64,000 nt of DNA, taken from contig CAYSOT010000002.1 of assembly GCA_964432765.1 (NCBI GenBank), positions 38,220 through 102,219 of the forward strand, written 5' to 3'. The notes under the pieces are model-generated. The model made no database searches. It worked only from the letters and a program-made list of their open reading frames with translations, and was not told the DNA's origin. The first letter of the stretch is position 1; every line of letters begins with the position of its first letter. Below are positions 19,485 to 27,249 of this stretch, piece by piece. Made by a program: the position numbers and the translations under genes. This stretch comes from an uncultured Candidatus Saccharibacteria bacterium (lineage in GTDB: Bacteria; Patescibacteriota; SICC01; CAYSOT01).

Positions 19485-20666
19485 ATGGACGCCCCTGTTA
19501 GTGCCGAAGAACTACAAGCCCTTGAGGGGGGATTTATCGAGGTTGAAGTAGGTACTGTGGCTGAACCGGTTGATGCACCTTCAGAGGGGCATGACGGGGC
19601 AATCGTTTACGACTTTGAAGCTGCCCAGGTAGAGCGTAACAAAGTAGATGAGTCTCCCGAAATAGAAGAGCCCGGTGACTCCGACGATGAGTCGGTCGAA
19701 GAAGAGGTCGACGAGGCTGATCCCGGCCTATTTGACGACCCAGAGCAAGCGTCCCTAGAAGAAGATATTGAAATCGAGATAGAGAGCGCCGAAGCTCCTA
19801 GAGTTCGCCGAAGCCCGCGAGAGCGGTTGAGTCTGGCCGATGTAGTAGTCTCGGAAAACGCCTTGAACGACTTTATGCGTAAACACGGACGCCACCGCAT
19901 CTTAAGTAGAGCGGAAGAGATATCGCTTGCGAGGCGCCGCGACGCTGGAGACACATCAGCAGTTGAAACCCTTTGCGAGTACAACATAAAGCTGCTGGTA
20001 AAAATTGCGCGCACATTCCAGGGTCGCGGATTACCGTTAATCGATCTGGTACAAGAAGGTTCAGCTGGCCTACTGCGCGCCGCGCAAAAATTCGATCCCG
20101 ACAAGGGGTTTAAGTTTTCAACGTACTCCACCTGGTGGATTAAACAGGCAATCGACCGGGCGCTCGATAATACTGGAAGCACAATCCGCGTACCAGTCCA
20201 TCAGCACGAAAAGCTTGCTAGAGCGATGGCCTTTACCGAAGCCTTTAAGGCGCTTCATGGACGTGAACCGAGTGATCAAGAAACCGAGGAGCACTTCAAC
20301 TGGAAGCCGGGCATTCTACGGTCTGCACGAGCTGCTATTGTGTCGCCGGCCTCGCTTGAGCGCCCAATCGGTGATGAAGAGTCTCAAGCCCTAGGCACCA
20401 TTATTCCTGATACGTCAGTCGATGTTGTTGAGGATGTCGTAGAATTATTGCAACACGCACACCTCGATCAGCTGATTTCATCGCTTCCCTACCACGAGCA
20501 AGTCGTCTTGAAATCATACTTTGGTCTACTCGAAACTCAGCCGATGCGTCTCGATGAAATAGCTAAGAAATATGGGATTACCCGCGAGATGACAGCACGG
20601 GTAAGGGATCGCGCGGTCTTTCACTTGGCGGAAGCCGTTAGAGAGCACGATTACCGCTTGCTATAG
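19485..20666 (+). CDS. rpoD: RNA polymerase sigma-70 family factor, likely the primary sigma (RpoD/SigA-like), with a long acidic N-terminal region.
   Basis: Region 2 (LIDLVQEGSAGLLRAAQKFDPDKGFKFSTYSTWWIKQAIDRAL), region 3, and a region 4 helix-turn-helix at the C-terminus. About 110 aa of Asp/Glu-rich N-terminus. Confidence 0.85.
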   Translation: MDAPVSAEELQALEGGFIEVEVGTVAEPVDAPSEGHDGAIVYDFEAAQVERNKVDESPEIEEPGDSDDESVEEEVDEADPGLFDDPEQASLEEDIEIEIESAEAPRVRRSPRERLSLADVVVSENALNDFMRKHGRHRILSRAEEISLARRRDAGDTSAVETLCEYNIKLLVKIARTFQGRGLPLIDLVQEGSAGLLRAAQKFDPDKGFKFSTYSTWWIKQAIDRALDNTGSTIRVPVHQHEKLARAMAFTEAFKALHGREPSDQETEEHFNWKPGILRSARAAIVSPASLERPIGDEESQALGTIIPDTSVDVVEDVVELLQHAHLDQLISSLPYHEQVVLKSYFGLLETQPMRLDEIAKKYGITREMTARVRDRAVFHLAEAVREHDYRLL

Positions 20667-20684
20667 CAGTGCGCCACAGGTACG

Positions 20685-22478
20685 ATGGTTCGTCATATGT
20701 CGAACCAGCCAAGTGAAAATCCTAGGAGTATCGGACACGCGGATGCTGAAATCAAAGCAGCTGTGTCTTTGCCCGAAGAAGAGCAGCGAATCGATCTCGC
20801 ACTGGTTTCTCGCTATGGCGAAGGTGATTTTGCAGCCCTAGAAGTGCTTGCCGAGCGCTACCAAGAGCTTCTAAAGGGCGCTTATCCGGCCATAACTACC
20901 GATGAGGTTCCGCCACAATTTGTGCTTTTTGAGCAAGCTGCCAGGACATACCGCGAAAAGATGGGAATCCCATTCTCTGAATGGGCCCAGCGGGTAGTGA
21001 CGCGCGAAGGAGTAAGTCCTGATACAAACGAACTACCAACCGACGAGGTAAAAAGCCTTGTGGCTGAGCTTGCAGATGTTAATGGGAAACAGAAAATACG
21101 GTATGTGCTGGCTACGCCCCTCGCCGACAAGTTAGCCGCCATGGAGCAAGAGATCATGTGGCGGCCGTATTTTGCGGAAAAACTTCAGGGGCAAGATTGG
21201 TATCAGACTGCGAGCGATTCAGTACAGCGTTCGGCACTGCGTCAGTTTGTACTACGACTTGGTGAAATTAGCCGTATGAGCGCTGTACATCAACCTGACG
21301 GCAAAGTTACCCCGATGCGCACGTTTGATACGACTACAATGGGTCTTGTTTGTGATCAGCTTTTTGAAATTGAGCTGCCAACAATCCAGAAAGAGGCTCT
21401 TGAGAAACCGAGTAATTCTAGACAAAAAGCCTCTTCGACAGCTGTAGAAAAGGGCACTTCGCACGAGCCTGCCTCGATACTCGAAGGAGAAATTCCCGCC
21501 TTAACCCGCAGCGGCGAGAAAATCAAAGAAAAGCTCGCTCAGGTATTGCCCACTATGATTGGTATGTATCAGGAAGGGGGCAATAAGCCGTCCATACACG
21601 ATCTTTTGCGAGTTGATGGCCGGGCACAATACCAGTTTGCCCATCTGGGCATTCTTGAAGCACTTCGGGACTTTGGTGTCTTCTCAGAGAACGAGCTCGC
21701 TGAGCTTTCGGGCAGAAGCACAGGAGATGACGTTGCTAGAGACATAGAGCTTTTTCGAAGGTCCACCGGACACGACGAACGAACGCGTTTCCTGCACTCT
21801 TTTAATTACGAACGCTTGAAGGAGCTTATCGAAGCGGCTTCGCCCGAGCATACAAGGGAGCTGCTTGAGCGATACGGTCAGAAGTACGCGAAAGAACGTC
21901 CCGAACCGTCAATACAAACGATCATATCGCGCAGGAGAGAGCTCGAGCGCAAAGCTCGACGCTCTAAGGGCAAACCAAAAAGAAAGCGGTCAGCGCGCAA
22001 GATGCCACTGCCTGAAGACGAGCCGCTCACAACGATAATCGAGGTTTCTCCTGAATCGCAGCGCTATGCGGAGGTATTTTTGTCGCTCGTCGACGCAGGC
22101 CTTCGATCAACACAGGGACACCCCTCCAATATCGAGAAGGAGGTCATTGCCAATGAGCTTACGCCGCTTCTGGATAGAGTAGTCGGCGTCGAATCCGATT
22201 TAGAAAACGCCCTTGAGAAATCGTTAATACGGACTGCCAGAAAAGAGGTCTCAAAATTCGTCAGGCTCGCTATCCGCATCGAGACATCAATCAACTCGGA
22301 GCTTGCGGCCGCACGGGAAGCGCTTCCGAGTAATTTTACTGGGCTCAGCGAGCCACAGAGACTTCAAGTCTACCGGCTTTTCATACGACACGTTGGACAA
22401 AATATGCGTCGCAGTCCGATTTCGCAACTTGAGCGTCGACAATTTTTTGACGGTGTCGAAAAGCGACTTGCTGCCTAG
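20685..22478 (+). CDS. Large hypothetical protein of 597 aa.
   Basis: Complete ORF 18 nt downstream of the sigma factor. The N-terminus (LALVSRYGEGDFAALEVLAERYQELLKG) is reminiscent of sigma region 2.1, but nothing else is recognisable. There is a basic KRKRSARK patch. Confidence 0.6.
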   Translation: MVRHMSNQPSENPRSIGHADAEIKAAVSLPEEEQRIDLALVSRYGEGDFAALEVLAERYQELLKGAYPAITTDEVPPQFVLFEQAARTYREKMGIPFSEWAQRVVTREGVSPDTNELPTDEVKSLVAELADVNGKQKIRYVLATPLADKLAAMEQEIMWRPYFAEKLQGQDWYQTASDSVQRSALRQFVLRLGEISRMSAVHQPDGKVTPMRTFDTTTMGLVCDQLFEIELPTIQKEALEKPSNSRQKASSTAVEKGTSHEPASILEGEIPALTRSGEKIKEKLAQVLPTMIGMYQEGGNKPSIHDLLRVDGRAQYQFAHLGILEALRDFGVFSENELAELSGRSTGDDVARDIELFRRSTGHDERTRFLHSFNYERLKELIEAASPEHTRELLERYGQKYAKERPEPSIQTIISRRRELERKARRSKGKPKRKRSARKMPLPEDEPLTTIIEVSPESQRYAEVFLSLVDAGLRSTQGHPSNIEKEVIANELTPLLDRVVGVESDLENALEKSLIRTARKEVSKFVRLAIRIETSINSELAAAREALPSNFTGLSEPQRLQVYRLFIRHVGQNMRRSPISQLERRQFFDGVEKRLAA

Positions 22479-22566
<88 letters not shown>

Positions 22567-22643
22567 TGCTGCTAGTTTAGCGCAATGGAGCTCGCGAAAC
22601 AGCAATATTTGCGAGAGGCCACGCAGCTCCGTATCGTGAGTAT

Positions 22644-23141
22644 GTGAAACACAAGGCACAACTAATCACCATCTTTACGATTTCGATCGGCTTAACAGCG
22701 GCTGTGATCTTTGCCGGGTGGAAGTTGAACGAAAACCTCACAGCCACACCACAACAATCAGCTACACCTGCCCCTTCGGCAACCACAGTAGTGGCCAATC
22801 CAATTGAAGCCAGCCAAGACGATTCCCAAAGGCGAATTCATATAACCTCATATCGTGACGCGCTCCAGAAGTACGGCACAGAAGTTGGCGTGTACCCCGT
22901 TTCGGATACGCCCATTCAAATGAAAGCCGATACACTTCCGTTCACTGCTTTAGCGGGAACATATTTGCCAACTTTCTTAGATGACCCCAGATCCTCAGAT
23001 GGAAGATCATATTACTACGTTGCGACCCAGGCAAAATTCGCTATCTGCGCCAACTTGGCCAGCAAACCTGGATCGCGCTTTGTTGGTTCACCGGATGGAA
23101 CACGCGAGGAGCAAGGAAGCGCCAAGACGTGTACACTATAG
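22644..23141 (+). CDS. Membrane-anchored hypothetical protein (GTG start).
   Basis: 165 aa with N-terminal TM LITIFTISIGLTAAVIFAGW, followed by a Thr/Pro-rich linker. Confidence 0.5.
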   Translation: MKHKAQLITIFTISIGLTAAVIFAGWKLNENLTATPQQSATPAPSATTVVANPIEASQDDSQRRIHITSYRDALQKYGTEVGVYPVSDTPIQMKADTLPFTALAGTYLPTFLDDPRSSDGRSYYYVATQAKFAICANLASKPGSRFVGSPDGTREEQGSAKTCTL

Positions 23142-23151
23142 GCAAACAAAA

Positions 23152-24582
23152 ATGGCTGACAATAATACAGACAATTTGAAATTCGACGTGAGTTATTCTG
23201 CTGACAACCAGCCGAATGCTGGCACGAGTGAGGCCGCTGCTTCAAGCACTCAAGCTGAAGCCCCGCCGCAGCCTGCACCTGCAGCAGACACTCCAAATCC
23301 ATCTTCCCAACCAAGCCACGTGCCACCAAGTAACCCATCCCGAACTAGCGGGGCTTTAAAGAAGGTTCTGGGTATTACTGCGATAGCGGCCGCGATTTTC
23401 GTTCTAGGAGGCGCTGCCTACTATTTCTTGGCGCCAAGCCCCGCCCGTGTGATGGCTAAGATGGCTAAGAAGTTCCCTGAAATAAAGTCGGCCCGGTTTG
23501 GGACCGACTATTCTCTGCTAGTAAAAGAAAAAATAGACTGCAGATATAGATCCAGTTCGTCCAGTGCCACTATATCGCTAGCGGCTCAGACTAATCCATC
23601 GGAGGGATCTTCACCGAGCCCGTCCAGCACCTTAAAGTCTCCCGATTGCAACAATAATGAAACCAGTGACTATCAGATTGATGCCAAGACAAACCTTGCC
23701 GTAAACACCCAAGATATTAAAACGCCAAAGCTTGGGGCCTCACTGGACCTAACGGCAAAGATTAACGGTGAATCCTATAGAGCTGCTGGCGAATTACGAA
23801 CGCTTGGTCAGACGGGCTACGGAAAGATAGACCAGATCCCTTCGCTAGGTGACGTAACCAGTGAATTAGAAAAGATTAAAGGGATTTGGATTAAGTTCGA
23901 CCTTGATCAATCAGATTCAAAAGGGGCCTCTCTTTCTCAAGATCAGCTCGATCGTGTTCGAGATGCTATTCGGACCTCTCAAGCCGTTAAGGTTACCAAG
24001 TCTCTCAAGAGTGAGCAGCTCGACGGTCAAGCCATGTATCACTATCAGTTCAGCATTAATAAAGATGCACTTGTCGACACGCTCGCCAAACTTACTGAGG
24101 TCACCGGCGAAAAGCCTTCGGCGGACGATATAAAGAAAGCAAAAGAGGACCTAAAGGACGTAAAGTTCAAAGACGGAGAAATTTGGATTGGAAAAAAAGA
24201 TTTACTACCCCACAAGATATCTCTGGCACTTGAAGCATCAAACGATTCGACAGGATCGCTCAGCTTAACCACCGCTACAACCCTCAAAGACGTTAATAAA
24301 GATGTTTCGGTTACAGCGCCTGAGAAATGGAAAACCGTCGAAGAGGTTGAGCGAATCTTGAGTGATGATGCCGATGGTGACGGCCTGTCCGCCACAGAAG
24401 AAAGAACGTACGGGACAGATCCAAACAAGGCCGACACTGATGGTGATGGTTTTAGCGACGGCGATGAAGTCTCCGGTGGATTCAACCCGAAAGGTCCTGG
24501 AAAATTAATCGATGAAGAGCCGGTTCCGGTAATTGATGACACTCCTTCCGATACGCCGGAAGATACCTATCCAACCCTTTAG
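23152..24582 (+). CDS. Membrane-anchored surface protein with a proline-rich linker and C-terminal thrombospondin-type-3-like calcium-binding repeats.
   Basis: The ORF track starts at 22981 inside the previous gene. The ATG at 23152 (MADNNTDN) is the likely start. TM at LGITAIAAAIFVLGGAAYYFL. Near the C-terminus are DADGDGLSATEE and DTDGDGFSDGDE, which are DxDxDG repeats. Confidence 0.6.
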   Translation: MADNNTDNLKFDVSYSADNQPNAGTSEAAASSTQAEAPPQPAPAADTPNPSSQPSHVPPSNPSRTSGALKKVLGITAIAAAIFVLGGAAYYFLAPSPARVMAKMAKKFPEIKSARFGTDYSLLVKEKIDCRYRSSSSSATISLAAQTNPSEGSSPSPSSTLKSPDCNNNETSDYQIDAKTNLAVNTQDIKTPKLGASLDLTAKINGESYRAAGELRTLGQTGYGKIDQIPSLGDVTSELEKIKGIWIKFDLDQSDSKGASLSQDQLDRVRDAIRTSQAVKVTKSLKSEQLDGQAMYHYQFSINKDALVDTLAKLTEVTGEKPSADDIKKAKEDLKDVKFKDGEIWIGKKDLLPHKISLALEASNDSTGSLSLTTATTLKDVNKDVSVTAPEKWKTVEEVERILSDDADGDGLSATEERTYGTDPNKADTDGDGFSDGDEVSGGFNPKGPGKLIDEEPVPVIDDTPSDTPEDTYPTL

Positions 24583-24658
24583 CTGATTGAGTCAGATATG
24601 CGCCCCCGGTATGCTTAGTGGTGGCAATGCTTAACAATAGCTGGCTTCACCAGCACAC

Positions 24659-24747
24659 GGAGAGGTACCCAAGAGGCTGAAGGGGCGGGATTGCTAATCC
24701 TGTAGGTCGGAGTAATCCGGCGCGAGAGTTCGAATCTCTCCCTCTCC
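24659..24747 (+). tRNA. tRNA-Ser (anticodon GCT), class II.
   Basis: GGAGAGGTACCCAAGAGGCTGAAGGGGCGGGATTGCTAATCC...GAGTTCGAATCTCTCCCTCTCCG. The anticodon loop TTGCTAA gives anticodon GCU. Long variable arm. Confidence 0.85.
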
Positions 24748-24809
24748 GCATGACGCATTCCAGTGCGCTCTAGCGACAACGAGCACGCTAACAATGACAC
24801 CTCCACAGC

Positions 24810-24838
24810 TTGACAAAGCACATAAAAAGTGCTATGTT
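24810..24838 (+). promoter_or_regulatory. Sigma-70-type promoter: TTGACA, 17-nt spacer, TATGTT.
   Basis: Consensus -35 TTGACA at ~24810-24815 and -10 TATGTT at ~24833-24838 with exactly 17-nt spacing. It lies about 27 nt upstream of the ATG at 24865. Confidence 0.5.
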
Positions 24839-24864
24839 ATGACAATTCTGAAAAACGAAGCGTG

Positions 24865-25407
24865 ATGCCTACTAACCCTGACATAAAGACAGATGAAGTT
24901 CTTGAAGGCGGTGCTGAGCCGATCCTTTCTTGGGAAGCGAAAGAATTTGCCGAATACGCCAGAGACAAGCGGTGGTATACGCTCGTGCTTGGCGGCGGAA
25001 TTCTCCTAACAATCGGGGCAGTCGCACTTGCGCTCTTGAGCAACACGTTGCGAGATGGCCTAAGTTACGGCCTCGTTGCGGCGGTCTTCGCGCTTGGCAC
25101 TTATGTTGTTCTTAAACATGCCGACGATACCCCACGCATGCTGACATACTCTATTTCGAAACTTGGGATAACCGTTGGAGATACGTTTCATCCATACGGT
25201 GAGCTTCGACAATATTGGTTGATTTACAAACCGCCGGTACGAACGCTTCACATCCAGCGGGTTAATCGCTACAAGCCTATCTTGAGAGTCGACATTGCTG
25301 ACGTCGACCCGCTCGCCATCCGCGAAGCACTTAAAAACTACCTACCTGAAGATACAAAGAGAGCTGAGGATTTTCTGGATAGGTTCTCGCGATTCATTAG
25401 GCTTTAG
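24865..25407 (+). CDS. Hypothetical membrane protein with two TM helices.
   Basis: The ORF-track start (24829) lies inside the promoter -10 region. The in-frame ATG at 24865 (MPTNPDIK) is preferred. TM helices at WYTLVLGGGILLTIGAVALALL and GLVAAVFALGTYVVL. Confidence 0.55.
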   Translation: MPTNPDIKTDEVLEGGAEPILSWEAKEFAEYARDKRWYTLVLGGGILLTIGAVALALLSNTLRDGLSYGLVAAVFALGTYVVLKHADDTPRMLTYSISKLGITVGDTFHPYGELRQYWLIYKPPVRTLHIQRVNRYKPILRVDIADVDPLAIREALKNYLPEDTKRAEDFLDRFSRFIRL

Positions 25408-25415
25408 GAGAAACA

Positions 25416-25901
25416 ATGACACACCGCACGCCAGATACCGAACATCCTCTTCCCGAAGGAGCAGATGTCCAACATGCTGAAGCTTTGCGCCCTCGTATAT
25501 CCGAAAGTTTTATCAAGCAAGGCGTACGGCTTGATCAACTTCAGAATGAAGCCGGGTTTGAGAATGGTGTGCGTTTGGCTGCCTCTAGAATACGGCTTGG
25601 CATCGGCAATACAGAGTTTAGAATTCAGCAGCTCAGGCCTCCAGATGTTGAAGAGGCATTTCACCTACAGGTTCCTGAAGGGGTTGCGCTCATTACACAT
25701 GACCCAAAACAAGATGCGTATCAACCAATTACGCCTATTCTCATCCCCTCGGGCGAAAGTATGGTGCTTGGGCGAGAAACCGTTGCTGGCCTAAAAGCAG
25801 ATCCTGAAGTTTCTAGGCAGCATGTCGAGGTTGGCTGCACTGAGGACGGAGAGGTTTGGCTTAAGCATGTCGGCACAACAAATGGCACACGCCTTTCATA
25901 G
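25416..25901 (+). CDS. FHA (forkhead-associated) domain protein.
   Basis: The C-terminal 70 aa match the FHA core LGRE...SRQHVEV...G...W.L.H.GTTNGTRL (conserved G-R, S-R/Q-H, N-G-T). The N-terminal roughly 90 aa are low complexity. Confidence 0.7.
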   Translation: MTHRTPDTEHPLPEGADVQHAEALRPRISESFIKQGVRLDQLQNEAGFENGVRLAASRIRLGIGNTEFRIQQLRPPDVEEAFHLQVPEGVALITHDPKQDAYQPITPILIPSGESMVLGRETVAGLKADPEVSRQHVEVGCTEDGEVWLKHVGTTNGTRLS

Positions 25902-25909
25902 GAGAAACC

Positions 25910-26218
25910 ATGGCAGCACCTGACGCATTTTCAGAATTTACCCCTCCGGCCGCGGAGGCATCGCGAGGAGCAGAAGGCCCAGCAGACGAGCGTTGGAGCA
26001 ACGTAAACGAAACGCTGGCGTATCTTGAGGCAACCGGAAAACAAGACATAGCTTCGGGTATTCGCAAGGCCGCAGAGCTTCTGGGAGAGGGAAACCCCGA
26101 GCAAGAACTTGGTGCTTTTGAGATTCTTTGCAAAACCATCCCGCAATTTGAGTCCGGCGAGTCAGAGTTGACCCCCAAGGCAGCCGCCGGCGAATCCGAT
26201 GCTGAAGACCTGAAGTAG
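25910..26218 (+). CDS. Small acidic hypothetical protein of 102 aa.
   Basis: Complete ORF 9 nt after the FHA gene and probably co-transcribed with it. Confidence 0.45.
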   Translation: MAAPDAFSEFTPPAAEASRGAEGPADERWSNVNETLAYLEATGKQDIASGIRKAAELLGEGNPEQELGAFEILCKTIPQFESGESELTPKAAAGESDAEDLK

Positions 26219-26261
26219 CTTCAGACATTTATTCCACGTAAAATAACTAGCGCATCTTGAT

Positions 26262-26334
26262 GCGCCTGTAGCTCAGTGGATAGAGCGTCGGCTTGCGGAG
26301 CCGGAAGTCGAAGGTTCGAATCCTTCCAGGCGCG
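26262..26334 (+). tRNA. tRNA-Arg (anticodon GCG).
   Basis: GCGCCTGTAGCTCAGTGGATAGAGCGTCGGCTTGCGGAGCCGGAAGTCGAAGGTTCGAATCCTTCCAGGCGCG. The cloverleaf folds cleanly. The anticodon loop UUGCGGA puts G-C-G at positions 34-36. Confidence 0.8.
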
Positions 26335-26378
26335 CAGTACCTACCCTGAAGCAGTCGTGGCTGCGACCCCATAATTAC

Positions 26379-26451
26379 GTCCTCGTAGCTCAGTGGATAG
26401 AGCACTGGCTTCCGGAGCCAGGTGTCGGGGGTTCGAATCCCTCCGAGGACG
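26379..26451 (+). tRNA. tRNA-Arg (anticodon CCG).
   Basis: GTCCTCGTAGCTCAGTGGATAGAGCACTGGCTTCCGGAGCCAGGTGTCGGGGGTTCGAATCCCTCCGAGGACG. The anticodon loop UUCCGGA gives anticodon CCG. Confidence 0.85.
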
Positions 26452-26497
26452 CATGAATAGTGTTTAGCACGGTGCGCAGCTCGGCTATACTTGTGCC

Positions 26498-27148
26498 ATG
26501 AACAAATACTCGCTTTCTATAAGGGCGGCTTATTCTTCTCTCATATTGGGTCTGTTTTCTTTAGTTCTTAGCTTTCTTCTCTGCCCCTCTGAATCCTGCT
26601 CAAACGCCGACGAAGTAATCGTGTTGTCATTTCTGCTGGGCCTTCTGGCAATTTTTGGTCTTGTCGTCGCTGCTATCACGGCGCTCCTAACCGCCCTACC
26701 AGGAACTAATCGTTTTGTCCCTCTTGTATTGTTTGGCCTTGGAATCTTTCTTTTTGTCCTAAAAGTGGTCGATTCATCGATAGCCTGCGAATCTGCACAT
26801 TACACTCTTGGTAGCGGAGGTTGTGCCAATCCCCCAGTACGCGTACATGTTTATGGATGGCTTAGCCTCTTTGCGTTTTTGGGCGGCATATCTTGGCTAT
26901 TTCTATCAAAATTCTGGAAAACGAAGTTTCTTGCGCCCATCATTACTGGATTGACAGGGCTAACGATTCTCCTTGTCAGTATCGGTATTCATGACGACTG
27001 TAAGCACAGAATACGCCCGCTTAGTATGATTTATGAGCCAGAACCTTGCGTACAGGAGCAGCTCGGCAGTATTGGAATAGTTCTTGGGATTGCTCTTTTA
27101 CTAACCTCAGCGCCAACGGCCTTTTTTATCGCACGTTCGGGTAAATGA
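26498..27148 (+). CDS. Cys-containing polytopic membrane protein, hypothetical.
   Basis: 216 aa with about six hydrophobic helices. Several Cys pairs sit in the loops (CPSESC, CESAHYTLGSGGC, DDCKH...PEPC). Confidence 0.55.
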   Translation: MNKYSLSIRAAYSSLILGLFSLVLSFLLCPSESCSNADEVIVLSFLLGLLAIFGLVVAAITALLTALPGTNRFVPLVLFGLGIFLFVLKVVDSSIACESAHYTLGSGGCANPPVRVHVYGWLSLFAFLGGISWLFLSKFWKTKFLAPIITGLTGLTILLVSIGIHDDCKHRIRPLSMIYEPEPCVQEQLGSIGIVLGIALLLTSAPTAFFIARSGK

Positions 27149-27249
27149 TTTTTCACACGGCACATACGCAGCAGTAGGAAACGTCAAATACAAAGTTAGA
27201 TCGGTCGCCTATAACTGTAAATATCGCTATACTAAGCGGTTACTTATTT

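Noticed and set aside
19607-20182. A 191-aa minus-strand ORF rich in Ser/Arg.
   Set aside because: It is antisense to the well-supported sigma-70 gene. The Asp/Glu-rich sense frame generates an open Ser/Leu-rich antisense frame by chance.
24045-24542. A 165-aa Ser-rich minus-strand ORF.
   Set aside because: It is antisense to the TSP3-repeat surface protein gene. Low-complexity GA-rich sequence gives open antisense frames.
24615-24821. A 68-aa minus-strand ORF.
   Set aside because: It lies entirely antisense to tRNA-Ser(GCT) and the downstream promoter, with no coding signal.
26251-26268. A short hairpin (GCGCATC-TTGA-GATGCGC) after the acidic-protein gene that might be a terminator.
   Set aside because: The 3' arm is the 5' acceptor stem of tRNA-Arg(GCG) and there is no U-tract. 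The downstream tRNA structure, rather than an intrinsic terminator, probably ends the transcript.
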